A DNA stretch of 64,000 nucleotides, from the NCBI GenBank assembly GCA_017881245.1, contig JADGRC010000073.1:2500-66499 (forward strand), in the 5' to 3' direction. Positions 20,484-28,536 of this stretch are shown here, piece after piece. Position numbers and translations under genes: made by a program. The notes below the pieces were generated by a model that worked only from the letters and a program-made list of their open reading frames with translations, ran no database searches and was not told the DNA's origin. Source of the DNA: Pseudomonadota bacterium (GTDB lineage: Bacteria; Myxococcota_A; Polyangia; Fen-1088). Numbering within the stretch: position 1 is the first letter of the stretch; the number at the start of each line of letters is the position of its first letter.

Positions 20484-21377
20484 ATGCTTCACATCACTCG
20501 TAGGCGCCCGCGTCTTCCCATCCACTCTTGCCGCTCTTGCCGCTCTTGGATTTTGTCTCGCGTCCTGTTGGTAAGCTGCGCGACAGCATGTTGTTCCGGC
20601 AGGCCCTCTCCGATCGGCGGGCCGGGTGCTACGGGAGGAATCCACGGATCTGGCGGAAGCACTGCCCCGACGGGCAGCGGTGGCCACCTGGTCGACGCCG
20701 GCGGATCGACCGGGGGCAACGGTGGCCGCATGGTCGACCCGGGTGGATCGACCGGGGGCGACGGCGGCCGCATGGTCGACGCCGGCGGATCGACCGGGGG
20801 CGACGGCGGCCGCATGGTCGACGCCGGCGGATCGACCGGGGGCAGCGGCGACCCGACGGGCAACGGTGGCCGCATGGTCGACGCGGGCGGATCGACCGGG
20901 GGTAGCGGTGGACGACAAGCCGCCTCGGGTGGTTCGGGTGGCAGCGACGCAGGGGTCCCAGGGAATCCCGACGGCAACCGCGATGCGGTCGATGCCAAAG
21001 GTGACAGCGTGGGACAAGACGCCGCGGCGGGTGTCTCGTTCGTTACCGTGCAAGCAATCTTCGTCAAAAGCTGTGTCAGGTGTCACGATCCGGCGCATCC
21101 CATCGTGCCTGAGGCCCCGACCTTCGTCGAGATGCCCCTGACGCCCGCGACCGCTTATGCAGCCCTGGTCAACAAGCCGGCGTCCGAGACTTGCGGCGGA
21201 ATGCGGGTGACGCCTGGCGACGCGAGCCGCAGCTACCTCTATCACAAGGTCACCGACGCCACGCCTTGCGACGGCAAACGCATGCCCCACCCCGGAATGC
21301 TGGCCAACGGACCTCCGCTACCGGACCAGGACATCGCCACGATCGCGGCCTGGATCAACGCGGGCGCGAAGCCCTGA
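20484..21377 (+). CDS. Lipoprotein with Gly-rich repeats and monoheme c-type cytochrome domain
   Basis: CVRCH heme motif; VTPGDASRSYLYHKV...RMP (planctomycete cytochrome c-like); start inferred. Confidence 0.72.
   Translation: MLHITRRRPRLPIHSCRSCRSWILSRVLLVSCATACCSGRPSPIGGPGATGGIHGSGGSTAPTGSGGHLVDAGGSTGGNGGRMVDPGGSTGGDGGRMVDAGGSTGGDGGRMVDAGGSTGGSGDPTGNGGRMVDAGGSTGGSGGRQAASGGSGGSDAGVPGNPDGNRDAVDAKGDSVGQDAAAGVSFVTVQAIFVKSCVRCHDPAHPIVPEAPTFVEMPLTPATAYAALVNKPASETCGGMRVTPGDASRSYLYHKVTDATPCDGKRMPHPGMLANGPPLPDQDIATIAAWINAGAKP
20689..20907 (+). repeat. 42-bp coding tandem repeat (~5 units, MVDAGGSTGG[N/D]GGR)
   Basis: GGTCGACGCCGGCGGATCGACCGGGGGC repeated nearly exactly. Confidence 0.9.
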
Positions 21378-21506
21378 CCACCAGGTCGTCAGGCAAAACG
21401 CTATTCTTCGATTCATTCGTCCGCTTTTGCGGGGTACTATCGGCGACCCATGAGCAACATGTTAGGAAATAAGTAGCGGCGATCCCCCTGCCAGCGCGGT
21501 CGTGAC

Positions 21507-24086
21507 GTGAGACAGCTGCTCCTGTGTTCGGTCGCCTTGTTCTTCGGAACCACGCTGCTCGCCGCCGAACCCGGGCGCCGGACGGTCAATTTCAACCGCG
21601 AGTGGAAGTTCCTTCTGGGCGATCATCCCGGTGCGGAGGCCCCCGGCAGCGACGACAAATATTGGGACGACGTAGGACTGCCGCATTCCTTTAGCATTCC
21701 GTACTTCGCCGCCCCGCAGTTTTATGTTGGCACCGGCTGGTATCGGAAGCACTTCGACGTCCCGACCAACTGGGTCGGCAAACGGTTGTCCCTTGAATTT
21801 GACGGCGCGTTTCAGGACGCGGAAGTCTTCGTAAACGGCCGACGGCTAAGTGAGCACACGGGCGGCTACACGGGATTTTCCGTGGACATCACGGGCGTGG
21901 TGAAGACCGGCGCCAACGTCGTCGCCGTGCGTGTCGACAACCGGTGGAATCCGCGGCTCGCCCCGCGCGCAGGCGAGCACGTCTTTAGTGGCGGTATTTA
22001 CCGCGACGTGCGGCTGGTCGCGACCGGGAGACTGCACGTCACTTGGTATGGCACGTTCGTTACCACGCCGCGGATCTCGAAAGAGTCCGTAACGGCGAAC
22101 GTAAAGACGGAGGTCCGTAACGACAGCGCCTTCGCGAAGACGTGTCTGCTGAAAACGGTCCTCCTTGATCCCGACGGAAAAACGGTCGCGAGCATGTCCA
22201 CCACGCGATCGGTGCCCGCGGGCACGACCGTGACGTTCGATCAAACCAGCGACCCCATCGCCGGACCGAAGTTGTGGCATCCCGACCATCCGTTCCTATA
22301 CAGAGCGGTGAGCGAAGTTTACGAAGGCAGGGCGATGTCGGATCAATTCGCAACGACGTTTGGTTTGCGTTGGTTCAAGTGGACGTCGGACCAGGGATTT
22401 TTTCTGAACGGCGAGCATTACTATTTCAAGGGCGCGAACGCGCACCAGGACCACGCGGGGTGGGGCGACGCCGTGACGGACAGCGGGTTCTTCCGCGACG
22501 TGAAGATGGTGAAGGACGCGGGGTTCGATTTCATCCGCGGCTCGCACTACCCGCATGCCCCGGCGTTTGCGGATGCGTGCGACAGGCTGGGCGTGTTGTT
22601 TTGGTCGGAAAACAGTTTCTGGGGCACGGCCGGCTTCAAGAGTCCCTGGAGCAGCAGCGCCTATCCGCCAGAGTCTGAAAATCAGCCCGGGTTCAAGCAA
22701 AGTGTCAAGGACAGCCTGCGCGACATGATTCGCATCAATCGCAACCATCCAAGCATCATCGCGTGGAGCATGGACAACGAGGTGTTCTTCACGGAGGAGT
22801 CGACGCTGCCCGCCGTCAGGACTTTCCTGAAGGAACTGGTGGCATATTCGCACGAGCTCGATCCGACGCGGCCGGCGGCCATCGGCGGCTGCCAGCGCGG
22901 CGCCCTGAACAAGCTCGGTGACATTGCCGGCTACAACGGCGACGGCGCACGGCTGTTCATCAATCCCGGCCTTCCCAACCTGGTGACCGAGTACGGATCG
23001 ACGATGGTCGACCGGCCGGGCACATACGCGCCAGGCTGGGGCGATCTCGTCGAAGACCCAAACGACGACGCGCGGCCATTGGTCTGGCGCCATCCGTGGC
23101 GCAGCGGCGAAGTGCTTTGGTGCGCGTTCGATCACGGCAGCATCGCCGGGCGGCGCTTCGGCGCGATGGGAATGGTCGACTACTTCCGGCTGCCGAAGCG
23201 CCAGTGGTACTGGTATCGGAACGAGTACCGGCAAATTCCGCCGCCGGCCTGGCCCGCGCCCGGCACTCCCGCCGGGTTGAGAATTGCGGCCGACAAGACA
23301 ACCCTGAACTCGGCTGACGGCACCGACGATGCGCAGATCGTCGTCACCGTCATCGACAAGGAGGGTAGGGCATTGAGCAATTCGCCTCCGGTCACGCTGG
23401 CAATTGCCTCCGGTCCGGGTGAATTTCCAACCGGCCCTTCAATCACGTTTGCGGCGGAGTCCGACATCACCATCCGCGATGGCCAGGCGGCGATGGAGTT
23501 TCGTTCTTATCATGCGGGCGAGACTCTGATCCGTGCCACCTCGCCCGGACTCAAGGACGCTACAGTCACCATCATTTCCTTGGGCGAGTCGAAATTCGTT
23601 CCCCGGGTCACCCCGCCCGTGAAACCGCGTCCCTATGTACGCTTCGAAGGACACGCACCGGGGACCGGAACGGGGACGAATTCAGCGTTTGGCCTGAACA
23701 ACCCAACCAAGGCCAGCAGCGAGACATCCGACCACGACGCCGGCCTCGCCAACGACGGCAATCCCACCACCTTTTGGCAGGCGCGGGACGCGGCGGCCGA
23801 CGCCTGGTGGCAGGTGGACCTGGAGCGCGTCGTCGCGGTGTCGCAAACGCGGCTCGGCTTTCCATCCGAGGGCGACTGCCCTTATAGAATCGAGTTTTCC
23901 AACGACCAGATCCACTGGACGCTGGGCGTGGACCGAACCCGCAATCGCAGCACCGACAAGACGCGCACGGATGCTGTCACGCCGGCAATCACCGGGCGAT
24001 TCGTTCGGGTGACGTTCACGGAAGTGCCCGCCGGAAAGCTCGCCGCCTTGGCCGAGATAGAGGTTATCGGACGAGTCGCGCAGTAG
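21507..24086 (+). CDS. Glycoside hydrolase family 2 with C-terminal F5/8 (discoidin/CBM32) domain
   Basis: Signal peptide; GGIYRDV, IRGSHYP, RNHPSIIAWSMDNE, VTEYG; ANDGNPTTFW...WWQVDL. Confidence 0.93.
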   Translation: MRQLLLCSVALFFGTTLLAAEPGRRTVNFNREWKFLLGDHPGAEAPGSDDKYWDDVGLPHSFSIPYFAAPQFYVGTGWYRKHFDVPTNWVGKRLSLEFDGAFQDAEVFVNGRRLSEHTGGYTGFSVDITGVVKTGANVVAVRVDNRWNPRLAPRAGEHVFSGGIYRDVRLVATGRLHVTWYGTFVTTPRISKESVTANVKTEVRNDSAFAKTCLLKTVLLDPDGKTVASMSTTRSVPAGTTVTFDQTSDPIAGPKLWHPDHPFLYRAVSEVYEGRAMSDQFATTFGLRWFKWTSDQGFFLNGEHYYFKGANAHQDHAGWGDAVTDSGFFRDVKMVKDAGFDFIRGSHYPHAPAFADACDRLGVLFWSENSFWGTAGFKSPWSSSAYPPESENQPGFKQSVKDSLRDMIRINRNHPSIIAWSMDNEVFFTEESTLPAVRTFLKELVAYSHELDPTRPAAIGGCQRGALNKLGDIAGYNGDGARLFINPGLPNLVTEYGSTMVDRPGTYAPGWGDLVEDPNDDARPLVWRHPWRSGEVLWCAFDHGSIAGRRFGAMGMVDYFRLPKRQWYWYRNEYRQIPPPAWPAPGTPAGLRIAADKTTLNSADGTDDAQIVVTVIDKEGRALSNSPPVTLAIASGPGEFPTGPSITFAAESDITIRDGQAAMEFRSYHAGETLIRATSPGLKDATVTIISLGESKFVPRVTPPVKPRPYVRFEGHAPGTGTGTNSAFGLNNPTKASSETSDHDAGLANDGNPTTFWQARDAAADAWWQVDLERVVAVSQTRLGFPSEGDCPYRIEFSNDQIHWTLGVDRTRNRSTDKTRTDAVTPAITGRFVRVTFTEVPAGKLAALAEIEVIGRVAQ

Positions 24087-24089
24087 GGA

Positions 24090-25742
24090 CTACGGCGTGA
24101 ACACGCGCGTCCAGCTGAACACCGCCGCGGTCGAGGGGTCGACCGTCAACTTGACCCAGTCCTTGAAGTTGGTCGAGCCGTCGACCGTGATGCGCGTCAG
24201 ATTCGGCACTGGGAACGCCACCGGGTGCATGATGCCGGTCGCACTCGTTGGATCGGCGAGCGGATGGTCGGACTCGTACAGATGTGAATCGCCGTTGAAC
24301 AGAAGCACCGGCTTGCCGTAGGCAACGGTCAACGTGGCGAGTTGCTGGACAAAGGCATCGTACCCGTTAAGCCCGTCGCCACCCGCAATGAAGGCGGCCG
24401 GATCCCACATGTCGGCCTGCAAACCAATCACGATTCCCGCGGAGCCATCCGTCGTGGCCTGCGCGAATGCCCGGGCGAGCCAGCGGCTGTTGGCGGCGTT
24501 GCGCTTCGCGACCTCATCCGCTTGAGCGGCGGGGTTCGAAAATGTTCCCGTCCAGGGCAGAAGATCGTTGTTTGACCCCGGAAGGTTCAAGGTCACGAAC
24601 AGGACGTTGGCCTGTTCCCACAACACGTTCTCGACGAAGGCCGCGTCATCTGGGTAGAGCGGATCGAAAGCCAGCGCCTGCGAGACGACGTTCTTCTGGA
24701 CCCCGCCGATGGTCTTGCCGGGATTCGGGAAGAAGAGCTGCCGGTCCTTGGCCAGCTCGTCGGGCGGGTATCCGCTGCTCGATTCCTTGGGCTTGTGACA
24801 GTCGGTCCATTCGTTGTCGCCCGGCGTGTAGACGAAGGGATCGGCGAACGACTGGAAGAACCCGAAGACCATCGAATTCCAGGCGGCCGTGCAGGGCATA
24901 CTGCCCGAGTGGATGTCGCCGAGGAAGAGCGCCAGGTCAACGTCCGGATCGGCGTTGACCTGGGCGATGAACGATGGCGCCGACGCCGCCAGCGCGGTGC
25001 TGTAGGGCCAGTCGCCGAACACGGCTAAAGTGGTCGTGCTCTTTGAACAGGTCACGGTCGCCGTCAAGGTGTCGGTGCACGCGGGGGTCGGATCGCCGTC
25101 GGAGACGGTGAGGGTGATGGTCACGGGACCCGCCGTCGTGCAGGTGAACGTCGGCGCTTTCGCCGTGGTGCTGTCAAAGGACCCGGAACTCGCGCTCCAG
25201 ACGTAGGAGACGGCCGAGGGGCCGTTGTCCGCGTCGTGGCTCTTCCCGTCGAGCGCGATACTGCCGCCGACGGTGATCTCGGTCGGGTTTGCACCGATGC
25301 CGTCGGCAACCGGGCACACGTTGATCGTGCCGTTCACCATAACGCTTCCCGATCGCGCACCCTGGTGGCAAGTGAGGTGGACATTGACCGGCACGGTTAC
25401 ACGGGCGGCAATGTTGAACGTGGCCGATCCACCGCACGTGGTCCCGTCGGTGGCGGTCGCCGACAGCGCGATGCCGTAGGGCCCCCCCACGGGGATCCCG
25501 TCAATGGTGACCGAGATTGAAGCGCTGTGGCTGACGTCGATCGTCGCCGATCTACTGAAGCCGCCCGGCCCTGTGATTTCGTAGCTGGCGACGTTAAACG
25601 TCAGACCCGGCGTCCCGTCGATGTGCAGGCCGAACGAACCCACCTCGATCGGCCTGGAGCCGAGATCGTCGCCGCACGCGCCGAAAAGAGTCAGACCGGA
25701 TACAGCCGCCGCCAAGAGAGTTGCCTTCGCGCGTCGAATCAT
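24090..25742 (-). CDS. Lipoprotein with Ig/PKD-like domains and calcineurin-like metallophosphoesterase
   Basis: FGAC lipobox; FGDWPY, LGDIH, TPGDNEWTDCH, NGDSH. Confidence 0.85.
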   Translation of the reverse strand: MIRRAKATLLAAAVSGLTLFGACGDDLGSRPIEVGSFGLHIDGTPGLTFNVASYEITGPGGFSRSATIDVSHSASISVTIDGIPVGGPYGIALSATATDGTTCGGSATFNIAARVTVPVNVHLTCHQGARSGSVMVNGTINVCPVADGIGANPTEITVGGSIALDGKSHDADNGPSAVSYVWSASSGSFDSTTAKAPTFTCTTAGPVTITLTVSDGDPTPACTDTLTATVTCSKSTTTLAVFGDWPYSTALAASAPSFIAQVNADPDVDLALFLGDIHSGSMPCTAAWNSMVFGFFQSFADPFVYTPGDNEWTDCHKPKESSSGYPPDELAKDRQLFFPNPGKTIGGVQKNVVSQALAFDPLYPDDAAFVENVLWEQANVLFVTLNLPGSNNDLLPWTGTFSNPAAQADEVAKRNAANSRWLARAFAQATTDGSAGIVIGLQADMWDPAAFIAGGDGLNGYDAFVQQLATLTVAYGKPVLLFNGDSHLYESDHPLADPTSATGIMHPVAFPVPNLTRITVDGSTNFKDWVKLTVDPSTAAVFSWTRVFTP

Positions 25743-26113
25743 GAACAGTGCCTCCGTTTTAGGTCCGCAGATGCGACGGCACACTATCGGGCCACGTTTG
25801 TCGGACGGGCGACAGTTCGGCAACGATTCGGCCTTGCGGCCTTGCGGTCTGAGGGCGAGTTCCTGGCGATTTCCTGCGCTTCTGCGCCGGCTGCTGTGAA
25901 TGCGAAACAGCGAACCCTAAGAGGACCCTAAGAGGGCGAGCGGATAGCGCTCCCCAGCGCCAACCGCTCGCCCTTCCCCCTGCCCCTTTTTCCCCCACCT
26001 TCCACCGACACCACCCATCCGTCTTTACCTTCGCCCCCGTTCCCGCCTCCGCTTTAGTCTAAGGAAAAGCCAACTCCTGCTCTTGCGATCCCCCACGGAC
26101 AGGCCTTGGAACA

Positions 26114-26128
26114 GCAAGCGGCATACCA
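26114..26128 (-). promoter_or_regulatory. sigma54 -24/-12 promoter
   Basis: Minus strand TGGTATGCCGCTTGC matches TGGCAC-N5-TTGC with exact GG/GC spacing. Confidence 0.65.
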
Positions 26129-26189
26129 GGGCATTCGACCCGGAAAGACAGCCGTTGGAAGTTCGCGTCCCCTTCGAGGACGTTCAAGA

Positions 26190-26229
26190 TTGATCAGGTT
26201 GTGCAGAAAAGGGTTGATCGAGCTGTGCA
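26190..26229. promoter_or_regulatory. Tandem candidate enhancer (UAS) sites
   Basis: TTGATC-N4-TGTGCA twice, 24 bp apart, 60-100 bp upstream of the -24 box. Confidence 0.5.
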
Positions 26230-26396
26230 ACCGGAACGGGGAAGGTGGGCATCGGGCATCAACCTCCGCACGGCGAGGTGTCGCCGCACGAATCCCAGAA
26301 CCGTGTCGCGCGCGGTCAAAACGACGCGTCAATCCCCTGGGGGACAACGTGCCGCAGGCCCGATGATGGACACGCGCCGCACGATCCGGGCGACGT

Positions 26397-26510
26397 TAGC
26401 CCGACCGGCATCTCGCCGATCTCGTCCAGAAAGACCGTGCCCCCCGACGCGGCCTCCAGCAACCCGGCCTTGGCTTGCTTGGCGTCGGTGAAGGCGCCTT
26501 TCTCATAGCC
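26397..26510 (-). pseudogene. Fragment of a sigma54-dependent activator AAA+ domain
   Basis: [38 protein letters not shown] only; no Walker A and no continuation. Confidence 0.85.
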
Positions 26511-26512
26511 GA

Positions 26513-27156
26513 GCCGGCATCGATATCGAGCTGATTTCCAGCCGGGAGGAAGCGCATCTGCTCGCGCTGGCGGCGCTGGACGGGACGCCGGACCACATTC
26601 GGTCGCTTCTGATCGACGTGGGCCCGGATGGAGCGCGGGTGATTTTGGCCTCCGGGGACCAGGCGCTTGCGTTTTGGGAGTTGCGTCTGGAGCTGAGGCA
26701 GGTGGCGGAGCCCTGGCCGCCGCCCGTGAGACCGGCGACAAGGTTCTCTGGAATCATCTCTGGAGCGCCTTGCGGACGCGCGTGCGCGAGTTGGTGTCTG
26801 CGACGCGCCCGGGCGCACCCCGGGGCGGGGTTGACTCGGTCGTGGCCGTCGCGGGAACCGCGGCCACCGTGGTTGGCTTCGCGGCCGATGGCGGAACCCG
26901 AGTGACCGGCGCCGAGATCAGCCGGGCCATCGAACGGCTATTACCGGATTCCGGTAGCGGGCGGCGACAACGCCCCGATCCAGGATGGAAGGATCTGAAG
27001 TTGGCGGGCGCGGTGTTTCTCGAAGCGATATTGGACCGGCTCGGCCCAACCACCGTCGAGGCCGTGGATCTAAGGTTGGCGGACGGCGTGATCGGCGGTT
27101 TGGCGCGCAGGAGTACCAGCGAGGAAAACCCCCGCCGGCACTCGGGCGACTACTGA
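26513..27156 (+). pseudogene. 5'-truncated, frameshifted Ppx/GppA-like phosphatase remnant
   Basis: [15 protein letters not shown]...LLIDVG in one frame; AVAGTA...LAGAVFLEAILDRLG...LRLADGVI in another. Confidence 0.7.
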
Positions 27157-27590
27157 GCCACCGTCACGGCAAGCTGGCGTGTCTTGTCTGGTTCCGGAAG
27201 CTTGGCTGCCTCCGTGAACCGTTCGACGTGCCAGGAGAGTGATGCGCGGCGACTGACCACCGCGCACATCGATTGGTTCTTAGGGATTTCCAGCCAGCCG
27301 CGGGCCGGCATCACCACCGAAGACATCTGTGTCCCGTCGGTAAAGCAGTCCGCCGCCGTGCCATCGTGCCGGGGAACCCGGAAAACCACGACCGGCCCGC
27401 TCCGATCGCTGTGCAAGTGAAGCAACCGCGCCGGCCCGGCGACGATCAGGCGCGGCTCGGGATCCGACACGATCAACGTCTGGCGAAAATCGGCATGATC
27501 CGACCGCCAACCTCCCATCCGACCTGCACAACCACCCACTCCAAGAACCAATAAGACAAGACAAGCCCGACGACTAAGTTCCACCACCAT
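27150..27590 (-). CDS. Hypothetical lipoprotein
   Basis: LVLLVLGVGGC lipobox; AT-rich upstream region. Confidence 0.55.
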   Translation of the reverse strand: MVVELSRRACLVLLVLGVGGCAGRMGGWRSDHADFRQTLIVSDPEPRLIVAGPARLLHLHSDRSGPVVVFRVPRHDGTAADCFTDGTQMSSVVMPARGWLEIPKNQSMCAVVSRRASLSWHVERFTEAAKLPEPDKTRQLAVTVAQ

Positions 27591-27859
27591 TTCGGCTCCC
27601 CCTCGACTAATTGAAATTAACAAAACTCGTTACAGTGCTCACTGTACTCAGAAAACTTCAAAAGAAAATATCTTTCTCGTCAATTCGACGTAACTTCTTG
27701 CGACGGTGACTCGTTGTCGTTCAAGCTACGGACGATCTCGACCATTCTTCTCAGGGATTTCTCTCGGTATTCCAGAAATCGTCCGCCGGCGTAGATGGGG
27801 CGCCATTGTCCTGTTCCTGGAACCGGGGGAGTGTTAGGAATCGGCCTGGGGGACACACC

Positions 27860-28345
27860 ATGGCAAAAGCAAAGAGCGCGGTTCCTGAGGGCTACCACAC
27901 GGTAACGGCGTCGCTGGTCCTGGACGACAGTGCCAAGGCGATCGAATGGTACAAGCGCGCGTTCGGGGCAGAGGAACGCGCGCGCAGTATCGGCCCGGAT
28001 GGGAGGATCATGCACGCGGAGATCCAAATCGGTGATTCGCGCGTGATGCTCAACGACGCGATGATGGGCGGCAAGAGCGCTCGCGAATTCGGGGGCTCGC
28101 CCGCAAGCCTGTGGATCTATGTTACGGACTGCGACGACTTCTACAATCGGGCCGTCGCGTCGGGCGCCCAGCCGATGATGCCGCTCGCCGACATGTTCTG
28201 GGGCGATCGGTTCGGGGCCATCATCGATCCCTTCGGCTATCGCTGGTCGATCGCGACGCGCGCGGAAGACCTGACCGTCGACGAGATCCAACAGCGGGAG
28301 GCGGCCTGGTTGAAGGAATTCGCCGCCAAGGGCGGCAAGTTCTGA
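27860..28345 (+). CDS. VOC/glyoxalase (PhnB-like) protein
   Basis: PEGYHTVT, IMHAEIQIGDS, MFWGDRFG...DPFGYRW. Confidence 0.93.
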   Translation: MAKAKSAVPEGYHTVTASLVLDDSAKAIEWYKRAFGAEERARSIGPDGRIMHAEIQIGDSRVMLNDAMMGGKSAREFGGSPASLWIYVTDCDDFYNRAVASGAQPMMPLADMFWGDRFGAIIDPFGYRWSIATRAEDLTVDEIQQREAAWLKEFAAKGGKF

Positions 28346-28536
28346 CGCGGTCTACGCGAACCTGAACCGCAGCTTGGCGGCCCAATCCGATCTATCCCAG
28401 GATGGAGGCGTGTCGACGGATCGACAAGGTGATGCCCTGCCTCGCGATCGCGGTGCTGGAGGCGCCGGTCGCGTGGGCGGGGGGACGGGGCCGGGCGCGA
28501 CATTTACGAACGATCCCCAGCCCGCGACAGGAAGGG

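Noticed and set aside
20689-20907. CRISPR-like periodic repeats
   Set aside because: In-frame 42-bp coding repeats with no unique spacers.
28237-28536. Separate RiPP precursor ORF next to the radical SAM gene
   Set aside because: The short ORFs lack an RBS and precursor-like composition, and one overlaps the VOC gene antisense.
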